Shown here: positions 39,701-51,018 of the stretch, piece by piece
Numbering within the stretch: position 1 is the first letter of the stretch
How the letters are laid out: each line of letters begins with the position of its first letter
Source of the DNA: an uncultured bacterium
GTDB taxonomy: Bacteria > Babelota > Babeliae > Babelales > RVW-14
Length of the DNA stretch: 64,000 nucleotides
Reading direction: 5' to 3'
Assembly: GCA_963759805.1 (NCBI GenBank)
Contig: CAVXAT010000008.1
Location: 64,001 to 128,000, forward strand
Notes under the pieces: generated by a model
Seen by the model: only the letters and a program-made list of their open reading frames with translations
Told to the model about the DNA's origin: nothing
Database searches by the model: none
Made by a program: the position numbers and the translations under genes

Positions 39701-40407
39701 GTTCCCGGATTAAATTTAAGATTTGCACCTGACATTATATAACTTGGGCTTGCAGAGCGATAAATAATTGCACTTGTACCTGTAACGTTAACATCGTTGT
39801 ATGCAAACATTTGTCCACGATCAAAGTAGAAATCATTGGATAAATTTAATCTCGCATTATCAAAAACAATCTTGCTTCTGCTCGTTGCAAGTTTTATTGG
39901 CGGATTACCTGCAAAATTTTCGGTATTATCAATTACAACGTTGCGCAATGTAAGAGTTACAGTGTCATCAATAAAAATTTGAGAATTGTTGCCGAGATTG
40001 ATCGTGTTATTATTGCCATCCAATACAGCATTTGCAGTGACGTGAATTACAGTGTTGGCAGGGATGTTCCAGTTCGAACCTATCAAAGTGTTCGGCACTC
40101 CGGGATAGTTTATGATGTTCCCTGAACTTGGATATGTTGAGTTGCCTATGTTTTTGGCATCCAACAGCAGATTATAATCACCCAAGCCGGCGTTGGAGGC
40201 GTTGGCAATTATCGAATCACTTTGCCAGCCTGAAATTGTAGTCGGCGTAAACCTTATTTGCGAATTGCTGTTTTTGAGAACAAATCTCGTAGACTCCATA
40301 TCCAATTGAAGACTGGCAAATACAAACGGATCCTGAATCAAGTTCAGGATGACAAAATAGGAGGATAGAATACGTGCTAACCAAAACCATTTACTCTGAA
40401 ACTTCAT
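36745..40407 (-). CDS. Giant modular protein, N-terminal piece: signal peptide, carrier with 7-blade propeller, connector, short stalk, second carrier, first blade of next propeller
   Basis: MKFQSKWFWLARILSSYFV.. preceded by a purine-rich RBS; seven WSPDG-type blades; ends abruptly after one blade. Confidence 0.85.
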   Translation of the reverse strand: MKFQSKWFWLARILSSYFVILNLIQDPFVFASLQLDMESTRFVLKNSNSQIRFTPTTISGWQSDSIIANASNAGLGDYNLLLDAKNIGNSTYPSSGNIINYPGVPNTLIGSNWNIPANTVIHVTANAVLDGNNNTINLGNNSQIFIDDTVTLTLRNVVIDNTENFAGNPPIKLATSRSKIVFDNARLNLSNDFYFDRGQMFAYNDVNVTGTSAIIYRSASPSYIMSGANLKFNPGTTFAFAPSTTSASGILAKDLFVMGDATSKLTLDGASLKTTLTGMRLTKGQLLLGNKVTMTSAASLQITGTSYAYQIQSGTTPNYIGRAFREVDTLQWSPDGRMLAVAGQTREKLLAQANNVAVYLFSGSTTTTLAATAFSVTSSGVSWSPDGQYIAAGGKVNLPLSLTVSTSNLQVYSIVNNTLSTVAQTNLGTTRASYTGPVSWSPDGHYLAVGGNMRNLTIYQFNGTTLNQVSATSGVSEVLGISWHPSGKYIAIATNSSTNSIAIYSFNNGNGALIATSLTRSYASFATNVAWSPDGNFLAATGQNGSGATAKDITIYSFNGANPASPTLGAVATAPFGVNARVVKWSPDGRFILVGGNDSSSSDLTLYMAFTGSSLVPLKKISYGTALYACDLNPNGLYLAVGGSVAGLLPVTGSTQQELQLAQVAYGQEAYNSQAISNSIVFGNSALGSSYDLNLQLLSGANVSVDGILNYDNTLGYTIFSNNNACFTLKASNNILQNNSEIRMSPNTVLGWRDRSLTKTTTGQGLGDYNLVNYEGANKIVSYAKAPTELVYDNSNAVVGLTVTTRINSNALIYLNRTTSNSIAWLYGMERGNSNLLRVTSNAANYLSTRVRTDSNAFLYGIKNSSNAIINLSNNVQVFNTQQVYNHPATIQNFAWYKAGFQVDPGVILALNTPIPVNGQISLGGTLTLSSDLFLEAGATFTSSYGFGEIYGNGNAIHLGGNLAIPSNNLMHIGANTIIEGDGNTVNIGNNSQIFVDDNVTLTLRNVVISNNQNFANNPPIELATSRSKLVLDNARLNFVNDFYFNQGELFCYNDVNFTGTSSFIYRSTVPSQIMSGANLKFNPKTTFYFEPATSGVTGLLAKDLLMMGDATSKLTLDGASLKTTLTGMRLTNGQLLLSNNVTMTSATSFRATGTSAILTLGTGIANAFREIDKLQWSPDGRKLAVAGQTREKLLVQPSSLSVYLFSGTTTSTLATVSGC
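40328..40353. repeat. REP hairpin inside the signal-peptide coding region
   Basis: ggatcctgaatcaagttcaggatgac, same family as the intergenic hairpins at ~15451, 27907 and 50973; encodes VILNLIQDP. Confidence 0.75.
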
Positions 40408-40470
40408 AAAACTCTCTCTTTCCATTTTTTTGTTTTTTATAACTTATCCTTCGTAATTTTGTTTAGCATC

Positions 40471-40510
40471 CTAACTTACACAATCGTAATTTATTATGCC
40501 ATCTACGGTC
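40471..40510 (-). pseudogene. 3'-terminal remnant of an additional propeller paralog
   Basis: Reverse strand reads TVDGIINYDCVS-stop, a diverged copy of the paralog C-terminus TVDGMVNYDCVS-stop at 40556-40595; abuts a REP-like hairpin (~40508-40537). Confidence 0.7.
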
Positions 40511-40555
40511 CAGGCTTCGCCAAGGCTACGCCGGACTGGACATATTCACGCAAAC

Positions 40556-42647
40556 CTAACTTACACAATCGTAATTCACCATACCATCTACGGTCATCTG
40601 TGCACCGGACAACCCACGTACGCTCAAATCATAACCTGACCCCAACGCCGAGTTGCCAAAAACAATCGAGTTGGACAGGGCTTGAGTTTGTGTCTCATAG
40701 CTCCAGTGTAATGCCTGTATCTGCACCTCCTCAAATGATGGTGAATTGGCAGCATTACCGGCAATAGCCAAAAAATTGTTATCAGGACTGAATGCAATAC
40801 CACGAGCATAACTATTAGTAAGTTTAAATGTGCCAACTTGTGAAAGCGTGTTCCCCACAAGTTGAAAAACAATAGCGTTAAAATTCGCTGTTGTTGCATC
40901 TTGTCCGCAAAATGCAACGTAACGCCCGGTTTTATCCCAGGAAGCGGTGTAGCCCGAAGCGCCTGTTGTGCCTGTATAAGAAGCAACACGCACTAATGCG
41001 CTACCGGTAAAGTAATGAACCCAGAACATAGGGGCTGCATCTGTAGATGCTGCAGTTGCCAAAAATCTTCCATCCGGGCTCCAAACAATATCAGCAGCAC
41101 CAGTAAGAGTGTAACTATTCAATAAAATCAAAGAATTTCCCGTAAATTTGTATATTGCAAGCGCAGTAGATGAACCTACAGCAATGGTTTGCCCATCAGG
41201 ATTCCAAGATGCACCATAGCTAGTGCTTCCCAAATTTACTGATGCAACCACACTCCCAAGAGAGGTTCCTGTAAATGCGTAAACATTTAATTGATGTAAG
41301 CCCAAATTAGAAGCAACAGCAAGATAGCGTCCATCCGGGCTCCAACGAGCGGTCCAAGATTCAACAGGACCCGCTAAAGAAGCTACATGACGTAAGAGTT
41401 GTTCCATTAAAAGAATAAACTCTTACAAAAACCGTCCCACCGGAATCCTGTCCGGCACAGGCTAAATATCTTCCATCCGGACTCCAACTAGCCCCAAGAC
41501 AAAAATTTGACCAAGCAGTTTGAGTAATAGGGGTAAAGGATGTCCCATTAAACCCTAGAACTACAAATCTGATAGAACCTGCAGGCCCACTATCAACACC
41601 AAAAGCTATGTACTTTCCCGAAGGGTGCCAATCAACGCAAGCAGCTCTTGGCGTTGCCTGCCAGTTAGTGACAGTAGTAGAAAAGTCGACAAGCCGAAAT
41701 GCTGCGGCGCTTGTCATTGATACTTTATTATCAAACAACAATTGCCCCCGGGTTAAACGAAATCCCGTATATGTTGATTTAAGGGTGCAACCGTTTAAAT
41801 AAAGTTGGCTTGTTGGGTCAGCCATATATAATAAATCTTTTGCCAAAAGTGAAGGAGTTCCGGTTGTGCTAGGGTAAAAATCAAGCGTTGTTCCAACATC
41901 AAAGTACAGTTTTGCCCCTGAAGTTATAAAGCTTGGCTGGCATGAACTGTAAAAGAATGCTGACGTACCGGTTACAGCAACATCATTATGAACAAACATG
42001 CTGCCTTGATTAAAATAAAAATCATTGGGAAGATCAAGCTCAGCATTATCCAAACAAAGTTGGCTTCGGGAAGATGCACACTGGATGGCAGGACTCCCCG
42101 GACTGTTCAACGTCCCTTGCACAATTATATTTTTCAAAGTCAGCGTTGCACCGATATCAACAAAAAGCTGTGATCTGCCCCCAAGAATTAATTTATGCCC
42201 TTGTCCATTAAATGCAACTCTTCCCCCGACGTGAATTGTATTGCCTGCCGGAATTGTTAGATCACCTTTTAAAATTACGGCTCTATCATAACCGTACAAT
42301 CTTCCCCCCGAAGAGAACGTAACTCCATTATCCAAAGTTAAATCCGAAAGAAGAATTATAGTATTTGTGTTACGTAAATCGATTGCGCCGGAGACGGAGA
42401 TGCATGTGTCCATGTAAACAGAAGATCCATGCGCCGCAGCTGGCACAAGAGTAAACCCATTTGTCATTCTGACAAATCCAATGGCACTCTGTTGATCCCT
42501 AAAGTTATTTTGTGTTGTTGTGTACAAGATCCCGGCACGGCCAAGCAGGCTGCCTGCAAACATGTTAGAAAAATATAGTGCTGCAAGAAACACGCACTCT
42601 ATTAAAAAAAGTAATCTCAGATTTTTCTGTACTAATCTCATTTCCAT
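40556..42647 (-). CDS. Single-module carrier/7-blade beta-propeller protein, paralog 3 (+1 frameshift at ~41390)
   Basis: ORFs 41361-42647 and 40556-41407 align end to end with the intact paralog 45059-47158. Confidence 0.85.
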
Positions 42648-42785
42648 CTCTCTTTTTTAGATCTCCAACTTCTCGAACTGGGCCTGTCCGTCGTAGCCAC
42701 GAGTGCATACACCTACGCTCTACGTAGCTACGGTGCACAAGACGAGGGCGAAGTCGGAATCTGTCAGCATTAATTTATAAGCCGG
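42568..42785. repeat. Direct repeat copy 1 (gene 5' end plus intergenic nested REP)
   Basis: Near-identical to 44822-45042; contains tccgtcgtagcc..cacctacgctctacgtagctacggtg..ggcgaagtcgga. Confidence 0.85.
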
Positions 42786-42801
42786 CCATTTTTATGCAAA
42801 C

Positions 42802-44901
42802 CTAACTTACACAGTCGTAATTCACTAAACCGTCTACAGCCATCTGCGCCCCTGATAATCCGCGGACATTCAAATCATAACTTGACCCCAACGCCGAGTT
42901 GCCAAAAACAATCGAGTTGGACAGAGCTTGAGTTTGTGTCTCATAACTCCAGTGCAATGCCTGTATCTGCACCTCCTCAAATGATGGTGAATTGGCAGCA
43001 TTACCGGCAATAGCCAAAAAATTGTTATCAGGACTGAATGCAATGCCACGAGCATAAGTTGAAGTAAAGTAAAATGTGCCAATTGGTGAAAGCGTGTTTC
43101 CCACAAGTTGAAAAACAACAGCATTATATGTAGGCGTTGTTTGATCTTGTCCTCCAAATGCCACGTAACGGCCGGTTTTATCCCAGGAAGCGGTGTAGCC
43201 CGAAGCGCCTGTTGTGCCTGTATAAGAAGCAACACGCACTAATGCGCTACCGGTAAAGTAATGAACCCAGAACATATGGATGTATTTTAGAGCAGCAGTT
43301 GCCAGAAATCTTCCATCCGGACTCCAAACAGTATCGGCAGCACCAGAAATAGTATAATTACTATGCAATTGAATCAACGACGTCCCCGTAAATTTGTATA
43401 TTCCGAGCACATTGCTATTATTAACAGCTACAGCAATAGTTTGCCCATCAGGATTCCATGAAACTCCCTGGGCAGCAAATGAGAAACTTTGGGACCCAAT
43501 AAGAACAAGAGTATTTCCGGTAAATGCATAAACAGTTAATGGGTTTGCGCTCAAATTAGAACCAACAACAAGATAACGTCCATCAGGACTCCAACGAGCG
43601 GTATATGCCATGGGGCCGAGGGTACCCGATATAGTAGCTACCTGCGTAAGAGTTGTTCCGTTAAAAGAATAAACTCTTACATAGGTATTTGATGTATCCT
43701 GCCCGGCACAGGCTAAATATCTTCCATCCGGGCTCCAATTAACCCCATAAGCATAAGCTTGCCATGATGGCAGTTTGAGTGATAGGGGTAAATGATGTTC
43801 CATTAAACCCTAGAACTACAAATCTAGGGCTGAACGCAGCCCAGCTTGAACACCAAAGGCAACATACTTTCCCGAAGGATGCCAATCAACGCAGGTAGCC
43901 ATTGTTGTTGCTTGCCAGTTAGTGACAGTAGTAGAAAAGTCGGCAAGTCGAAGGGCTGCGGCGCTTGTCATTGATACTTTATTATCAAACAACAATTGTC
44001 CCTGGGTTAAACGAAATCCGGTATAAGTGGATTTAAGGGTGCAACCGTTTAAATAAAGTTGACTTGTCGGATCAGCCATAAACAATAAATCTTTTGCCAA
44101 AAGCGAAGGGGTTCCGGTTGTGCTAGGATAAAAATCAAGTGTTGTTCCAACATCAAAGTACAGCTTTGCCCCTGAAGTTATAAAACTTGGCTGGCATGAA
44201 CTATAAAAGAATGCTGACGTGCCGGTTACAGCAACATCGTTATGAACAAACATGCTGCCTTGATTAAAATAAAAATCGTTGGGAAGCGCAAGCTCAACAT
44301 TATCCAAACAAAGTTGGCTTTTAGAAGATGCACACTGGATGGCAGGACTCCCCGGACTGTTCAATGTACCTTGCACAATTAGATTTTTCAGCGTCAGCGT
44401 AGCACCGGTATCAACAAAAAGCTGCGATCTGCCGCCCAGGATTAATTTATGCCCTTGTCCATCAATAACTATTCTATCGCCTATGTGAATAACCGTGCTC
44501 GCAGGGATTGTTAAGTCTCCATTTAAAATCAAAGCTCTGTCGTAACCATAAATAGCTCCACTGGAGGAGAATGTAACTCCATTATCCAGAATTAGGTCTG
44601 ATTGAAGAAAGATCTCGTTACCATTACGTAAATCAATCGGCCCGGAGACGGTAGTGCATAAATCCATATAAGCAATCGAAGCGCTTGAGTTCGGGACAAC
44701 AGTAAAGCCATTAGTCATTCTGACAAAACCTCTGGCATAGTCCGTGTTACGAAAAACGTAGTTGAAAGGCTGGTATGCAAAATAGCCCGGCGATCCGCCA
44801 AGACTCGCTGCAGATAAAGTTGAAAAATATAGTGCTGCAAAAAACACGTACTCTATTAAAAAAAGTAATCTCAGATTTTTCCGTACTAATCTCATTTCCA
44901 T
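42802..44901 (-). CDS. Single-module carrier/7-blade beta-propeller protein, paralog 2 (compensating frameshifts at ~43840 and ~43768)
   Basis: ORFs 43816-44901 and 42802-43803 are in the same frame; the segment between them reads RFVVLGFNGTSFTPITQTA in a shifted frame, as in the paralogs. Confidence 0.85.
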
Positions 44902-45042
44902 CTCTCTTTTTCTCAGATCTCCAACTTCTCGGAGCTGGGCCTGTCCGTCGTAGCCACGAGTGCATACACCTACGCTCTACGTAGCTACGGTGCACAAGAC
45001 GAGGGCGAAGTCGGAATCTGTCAGCATTAATTTATAAGCCGG
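44822..45042. repeat. Direct repeat copy 2 (gene 5' end plus intergenic nested REP)
   Basis: Near-identical to 42568-42785. Confidence 0.85.
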
Positions 45043-45058
45043 ATATATTCCTACAAAC

Positions 45059-47158
45059 TTAACTTACACAATCGTAATTCACCATACCGTCTACGGTCAT
45101 CTGTGCACATGACAATCCGCGCACATACAAATCATAACTTGCACCCAAGGCTGAGTTGCCAAAAACTATTGAGTTGGACAGAGCTTGAGTTTGTGTCTCA
45201 TAACTCCAGTGCAATGCCTGTATCTGCACCTCCTCAAATGATGGTGAATTGGCAGCGCTACCGGCAATAGCCAGAAAATTGTTATCTGGGCTAAATGCAA
45301 TGCCACGAGCAGAAGTTGAGCTAAAGTAAAATGTACCAATTGGTAAAAGAGTGTTCCCCACAAGTTGAAAAACAACAGCGTTATATGTCGGAGTTGATTG
45401 ATCTTGCCCACTAAACGCCACATAGCGGCCAGTTTTATCCCAGGCACAAGCAGTGCCAGACCCAGTAGACGAAAGATTATAAGTAGCAACACGCACTAAT
45501 GCGCTACCGGTAAAATAATGAATCCAGCCAATAACTGCTGGTGAAGATACTACAGTAGTTGCTAAAAATCTTCCATCAGGACTCCAAGCCATATCATTAA
45601 ATTGAGAGGCGCCGAAATTGGTGTAACTATTCAATAAAACCAAAGACTTTCCCGTAAATTTGTATATTGCAAGCGTACCCCCATTATTACCTACAGCAAT
45701 GGTTTGTCCATCAGGATTCCAACATGAGCCAAAGGAAGTTCCTAATACATTCGCTGATGTAACAAAAATAAGAGAAACTCCTGTAAATGCATAAATAGCT
45801 AATTGATTTGAGCTCACATTATTAGAAACCGCAAGATAACGACCATCAGGGCTCCAACGAGCGGTCCAGGCCTCACCAGTTGATAGAGAAGCTACCTGCG
45901 TAAGAGTTGCTCCGTTAAAAGAATAAACCCTTACATCAATTAACGATGAATCCTGTCCGGCACAGGCTAAATATCTTCCATCCGGGCTCCAACTAGCCCC
46001 AAGGCAATCGTTTGACCAGGTCGCAGTTTGAGTAATAGGGGTAAATGACGTCCCATTAAACCCTAGAACTACAAATCTGATAGAGCCGGCAGGCCCACTA
46101 TCAACACCAAATGCAACATATTTTCCCGAAGGATGCCAATCGACACAAGCAGCTCTTGCTGACGCCTGCCAGTTAGTGACAGTAGTAGAAAAGTCGGCAA
46201 GTCGAAACGCTGCGGCGCTTGTCATTGATACTTTATTATCAAACAACAATAATCCCTGAGTTAAACGAAATCCGGTATATGTTGATTTAAGGGTACAACC
46301 GTTCAAATAAAGCTGACTTGTCGGATCGGACATAAACAATAAATCTTTTGCCAAAAGTGAAGGCGTTCCGGTTGTGCTAGGGTAAAAATCAAGCGTTGTT
46401 CCAACATCAAAGTACAACTTTGCCCCTGAAGTTATAAAACTTGGCTGGCATGAACTATAAAAGAATGCTGACGTGCCGGTTACAGCAACATCGTTATGAA
46501 CAAACATGCTGCCTTGATTAAAATAAAAATCGTTGGGAAGCGCAAGCTCAACATTATCCAAACAAAGTTGGCTTTTAGAAGATGCACACTGGATGGCAGG
46601 ACTCCCCGGACTGTTCAATGTACCTTGCACAATTAGATTTTTCAGCGTCAGCGTAGCACCGGTATCAACAAAAAGCTGCGATCTGCCGCCCAGGATTAAT
46701 TTATGCCCTTGTCCATCAATAACTATTCTATCGCCTATGTGAATAACCGTGCTCGCAGGGATTGTTAAGTCTCCATTTAAAATCAAAGCTCTGTCGTAAC
46801 CATAAATATTTCCACTGGAGGAGAATGTAACTCCATTATCCAGAATTAGGTCTGATTGAAGAAAGATCTCGTTACCATTACGTAAATCAATCGGCCCGGA
46901 GACGGTAGTGCATAAATCCATATAAACAGTCGAGGCATTTACGGCCGATAGAACCGTAAATCCATTAGTCATTCTGACAAAACCTCTGGCATAGTCCGTG
47001 TTACGAAAAACGTAGTTGAAAAGCTGATATTTCGCCGTACTTGTCCCATCTAGAGACGTCGAATGAAGACTGACCAAAACCAAAAATTGGGTGAAAAATA
47101 TATGTATGAAAAAAATGCGTGTTGCCCAATTTAAAATCAATCTCATTATTCTCCTCAA
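45059..47158 (-). CDS. Single-module carrier/7-blade beta-propeller protein, paralog 1 (intact)
   Basis: 699 aa; hydrophobic N-terminal signal; carrier domain; blades WHPSGKY, WSPDGRY x2, WNPDGQT, WSPDGRF, WDKTGRY, FSPDNNF; closing QALSNSIVFGNS..NYDCVS. Confidence 0.88.
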   Translation of the reverse strand: MRRIMRLILNWATRIFFIHIFFTQFLVLVSLHSTSLDGTSTAKYQLFNYVFRNTDYARGFVRMTNGFTVLSAVNASTVYMDLCTTVSGPIDLRNGNEIFLQSDLILDNGVTFSSSGNIYGYDRALILNGDLTIPASTVIHIGDRIVIDGQGHKLILGGRSQLFVDTGATLTLKNLIVQGTLNSPGSPAIQCASSKSQLCLDNVELALPNDFYFNQGSMFVHNDVAVTGTSAFFYSSCQPSFITSGAKLYFDVGTTLDFYPSTTGTPSLLAKDLLFMSDPTSQLYLNGCTLKSTYTGFRLTQGLLLFDNKVSMTSAAAFRLADFSTTVTNWQASARAACVDWHPSGKYVAFGVDSGPAGSIRFVVLGFNGTSFTPITQTATWSNDCLGASWSPDGRYLACAGQDSSLIDVRVYSFNGATLTQVASLSTGEAWTARWSPDGRYLAVSNNVSSNQLAIYAFTGVSLIFVTSANVLGTSFGSCWNPDGQTIAVGNNGGTLAIYKFTGKSLVLLNSYTNFGASQFNDMAWSPDGRFLATTVVSSPAVIGWIHYFTGSALVRVATYNLSSTGSGTACAWDKTGRYVAFSGQDQSTPTYNAVVFQLVGNTLLPIGTFYFSSTSARGIAFSPDNNFLAIAGSAANSPSFEEVQIQALHWSYETQTQALSNSIVFGNSALGASYDLYVRGLSCAQMTVDGMVNYDCVS

Positions 47159-47356
47159 TCCCTTTTAAATTGTTCGAATCACAGATGCTATGAAGTTATA
47201 AAAAATCAAACAGAATGTAAATATTTTTAAAAAACTTATACATTAATGATTCTAATTGAATTCAAAAGAATAGGGATAAAAAAAGTTAAAATAAGAAACC
47301 CCACACTCAATGCATGGGGGTCTATTATCTAGCAAATATAATTTTGACAGTCAAAG

Positions 47357-49789
<2,433 letters not shown>

Positions 49790-49969
49790 TCACCCCACTA
49801 CCTAAAAAATAAAATTTATCTGTCATTAGTTATTTGCCATTTTCACAGAATACTTCCAAAAAAATGAAGCTTTTAGTATTTTAGCATACATACTCGTGTT
49901 AATCGGCCATTATTTAAAGTAAAAGGATACCATAATTTGAGTTATAAATCACTCGATTTGAGAACTGAT

Positions 49970-50458
49970 ATGAAAAAAGATAAGCCTCTTTTAAGAAGCC
50001 ACTTTAAAAATCATGAATTTTATATGCAAAAAGCATTACAACAGGCAAAAATAGCAGCTATCCATAATGAAGTTCCAGTTGGAGCGGTGATAGTCGGCCC
50101 GTATGGGGAAATAATAGCGCGAGCGTACAATAAAGTTGAGACTAATGCATGCCAAACGGGACATGCAGAAGTTTTGGCTATTCAAAAAGCTACCAAAAAG
50201 ATGGGAGACTGGCGATTGAATGGCTGTTCGATTTATGTTACCCTGCAACCATGCCTGATGTGCCTTGGTTTAATACAACTTAGCAGACTTGAAAAAGTCG
50301 TTTTTGGAGCTGCCTCACCAATATTTGGAACAGGATCTTTGACAAGTAACACTAAATTAGTGCATAATTACCTAAAAAAGTTGGACATCGAAGGTGGAAT
50401 TAAAGAAAAAGATTGCGCAGATCTATTGAAGTCTTTTTTCAGGAAAAAGCGATTTTAA
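49970..50458 (+). CDS. tadA: tRNA adenosine(34) deaminase
   Basis: EVPVGAVIV, HAE, WRL..YVTLQPCLMC; start may instead be TTG 49937. Confidence 0.85.
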   Translation: MKKDKPLLRSHFKNHEFYMQKALQQAKIAAIHNEVPVGAVIVGPYGEIIARAYNKVETNACQTGHAEVLAIQKATKKMGDWRLNGCSIYVTLQPCLMCLGLIQLSRLEKVVFGAASPIFGTGSLTSNTKLVHNYLKKLDIEGGIKEKDCADLLKSFFRKKRF

Positions 50459-50470
50459 GCTAAGAAAGGC

Positions 50471-50821
50471 GTGGCAGTGAAGAACAGAGCACAGTTTATT
50501 GAGACGATGAAAAAGAGCTTGTTACAGCGCAGAGGCGAAATGGCAGGACGATTGTCAAACCAATCTCAAGAAAAAGTATCTGATGGGCAAGTACAGGATA
50601 GCGGAGACGAAGCACTGTCACTATCAATGGAAAAACTACAAAACACATTGCAGCAAAGTGAGATGGACGAAATTAGATTAATAGATGATGCGCTTGAAAG
50701 AATCGGTAGAGAGGAGTACGGAGTTTGCATGGAATGTGCAAGCCCTATTCCTGAAAAAAGATTAGAAACATTCCCGTATGCAGCCAGGTGTGTGGCTTGT
50801 CAGGAAAAGCTCGAACAGTAA
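50471..50821 (+). CDS. dksA: DksA/TraR family C4 zinc-finger transcription factor
   Basis: Coiled coil with DSGD tip; IDDALERI..YGVCMECASPIPEKRLETFPYAARCVACQ. Confidence 0.85.
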   Translation: MAVKNRAQFIETMKKSLLQRRGEMAGRLSNQSQEKVSDGQVQDSGDEALSLSMEKLQNTLQQSEMDEIRLIDDALERIGREEYGVCMECASPIPEKRLETFPYAARCVACQEKLEQ

Positions 50822-50827
50822 TAAATT

Positions 50828-50902
50828 GCCGGTGTAGCTCAGTGGTAGAGCAACTGATTCGTAATCAGTAGGCCACCAGTTCAAATCTGGTCACCGGCTC
50901 CA
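50828..50902 (+). tRNA. tRNA-Thr(CGT)
   Basis: GCCGGTG/CACCGGC acceptor stem, TAGCTCAGTGGTAGAGC D-arm, ACTGA-TTCGTAA-TCAGT anticodon arm, GTTCAAATC T-loop, encoded CCA. Confidence 0.96.
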
Positions 50903-50906
50903 GAAA

Positions 50907-51007
50907 CCTGAATTTATTTCATAACTGTCCGAAGTATTTTGTAATGTTAGACGGCTTTCATCGAAGCGCTGTGTCATCCTGAATTTATTTCAGGATCCAT
51001 GGATTAG
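50907..51007. repeat. Partial MITE end plus REP hairpin downstream of the tRNA
   Basis: cc-tgaatttatttca followed directly by TIR taactgtccgaagt; intact gtcatcctgaatttatttcaggatccatggattag at 50973-51007. Confidence 0.75.
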
Positions 51008-51018
51008 TCCATTCCCGC

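Noticed and set aside
33806..43845. Stop-codon reassignment or programmed frameshifting explaining the split ORFs
   Set aside because: Homology continues in other frames rather than through in-frame stops, no consistent slippery motif is seen, and secF shows the same type of break
28085..47158. Diversity-generating retroelement behind the propeller variation
   Set aside because: No reverse transcriptase in the window, no template/variable repeat pair, and the differences include indels and are not adenine-specific
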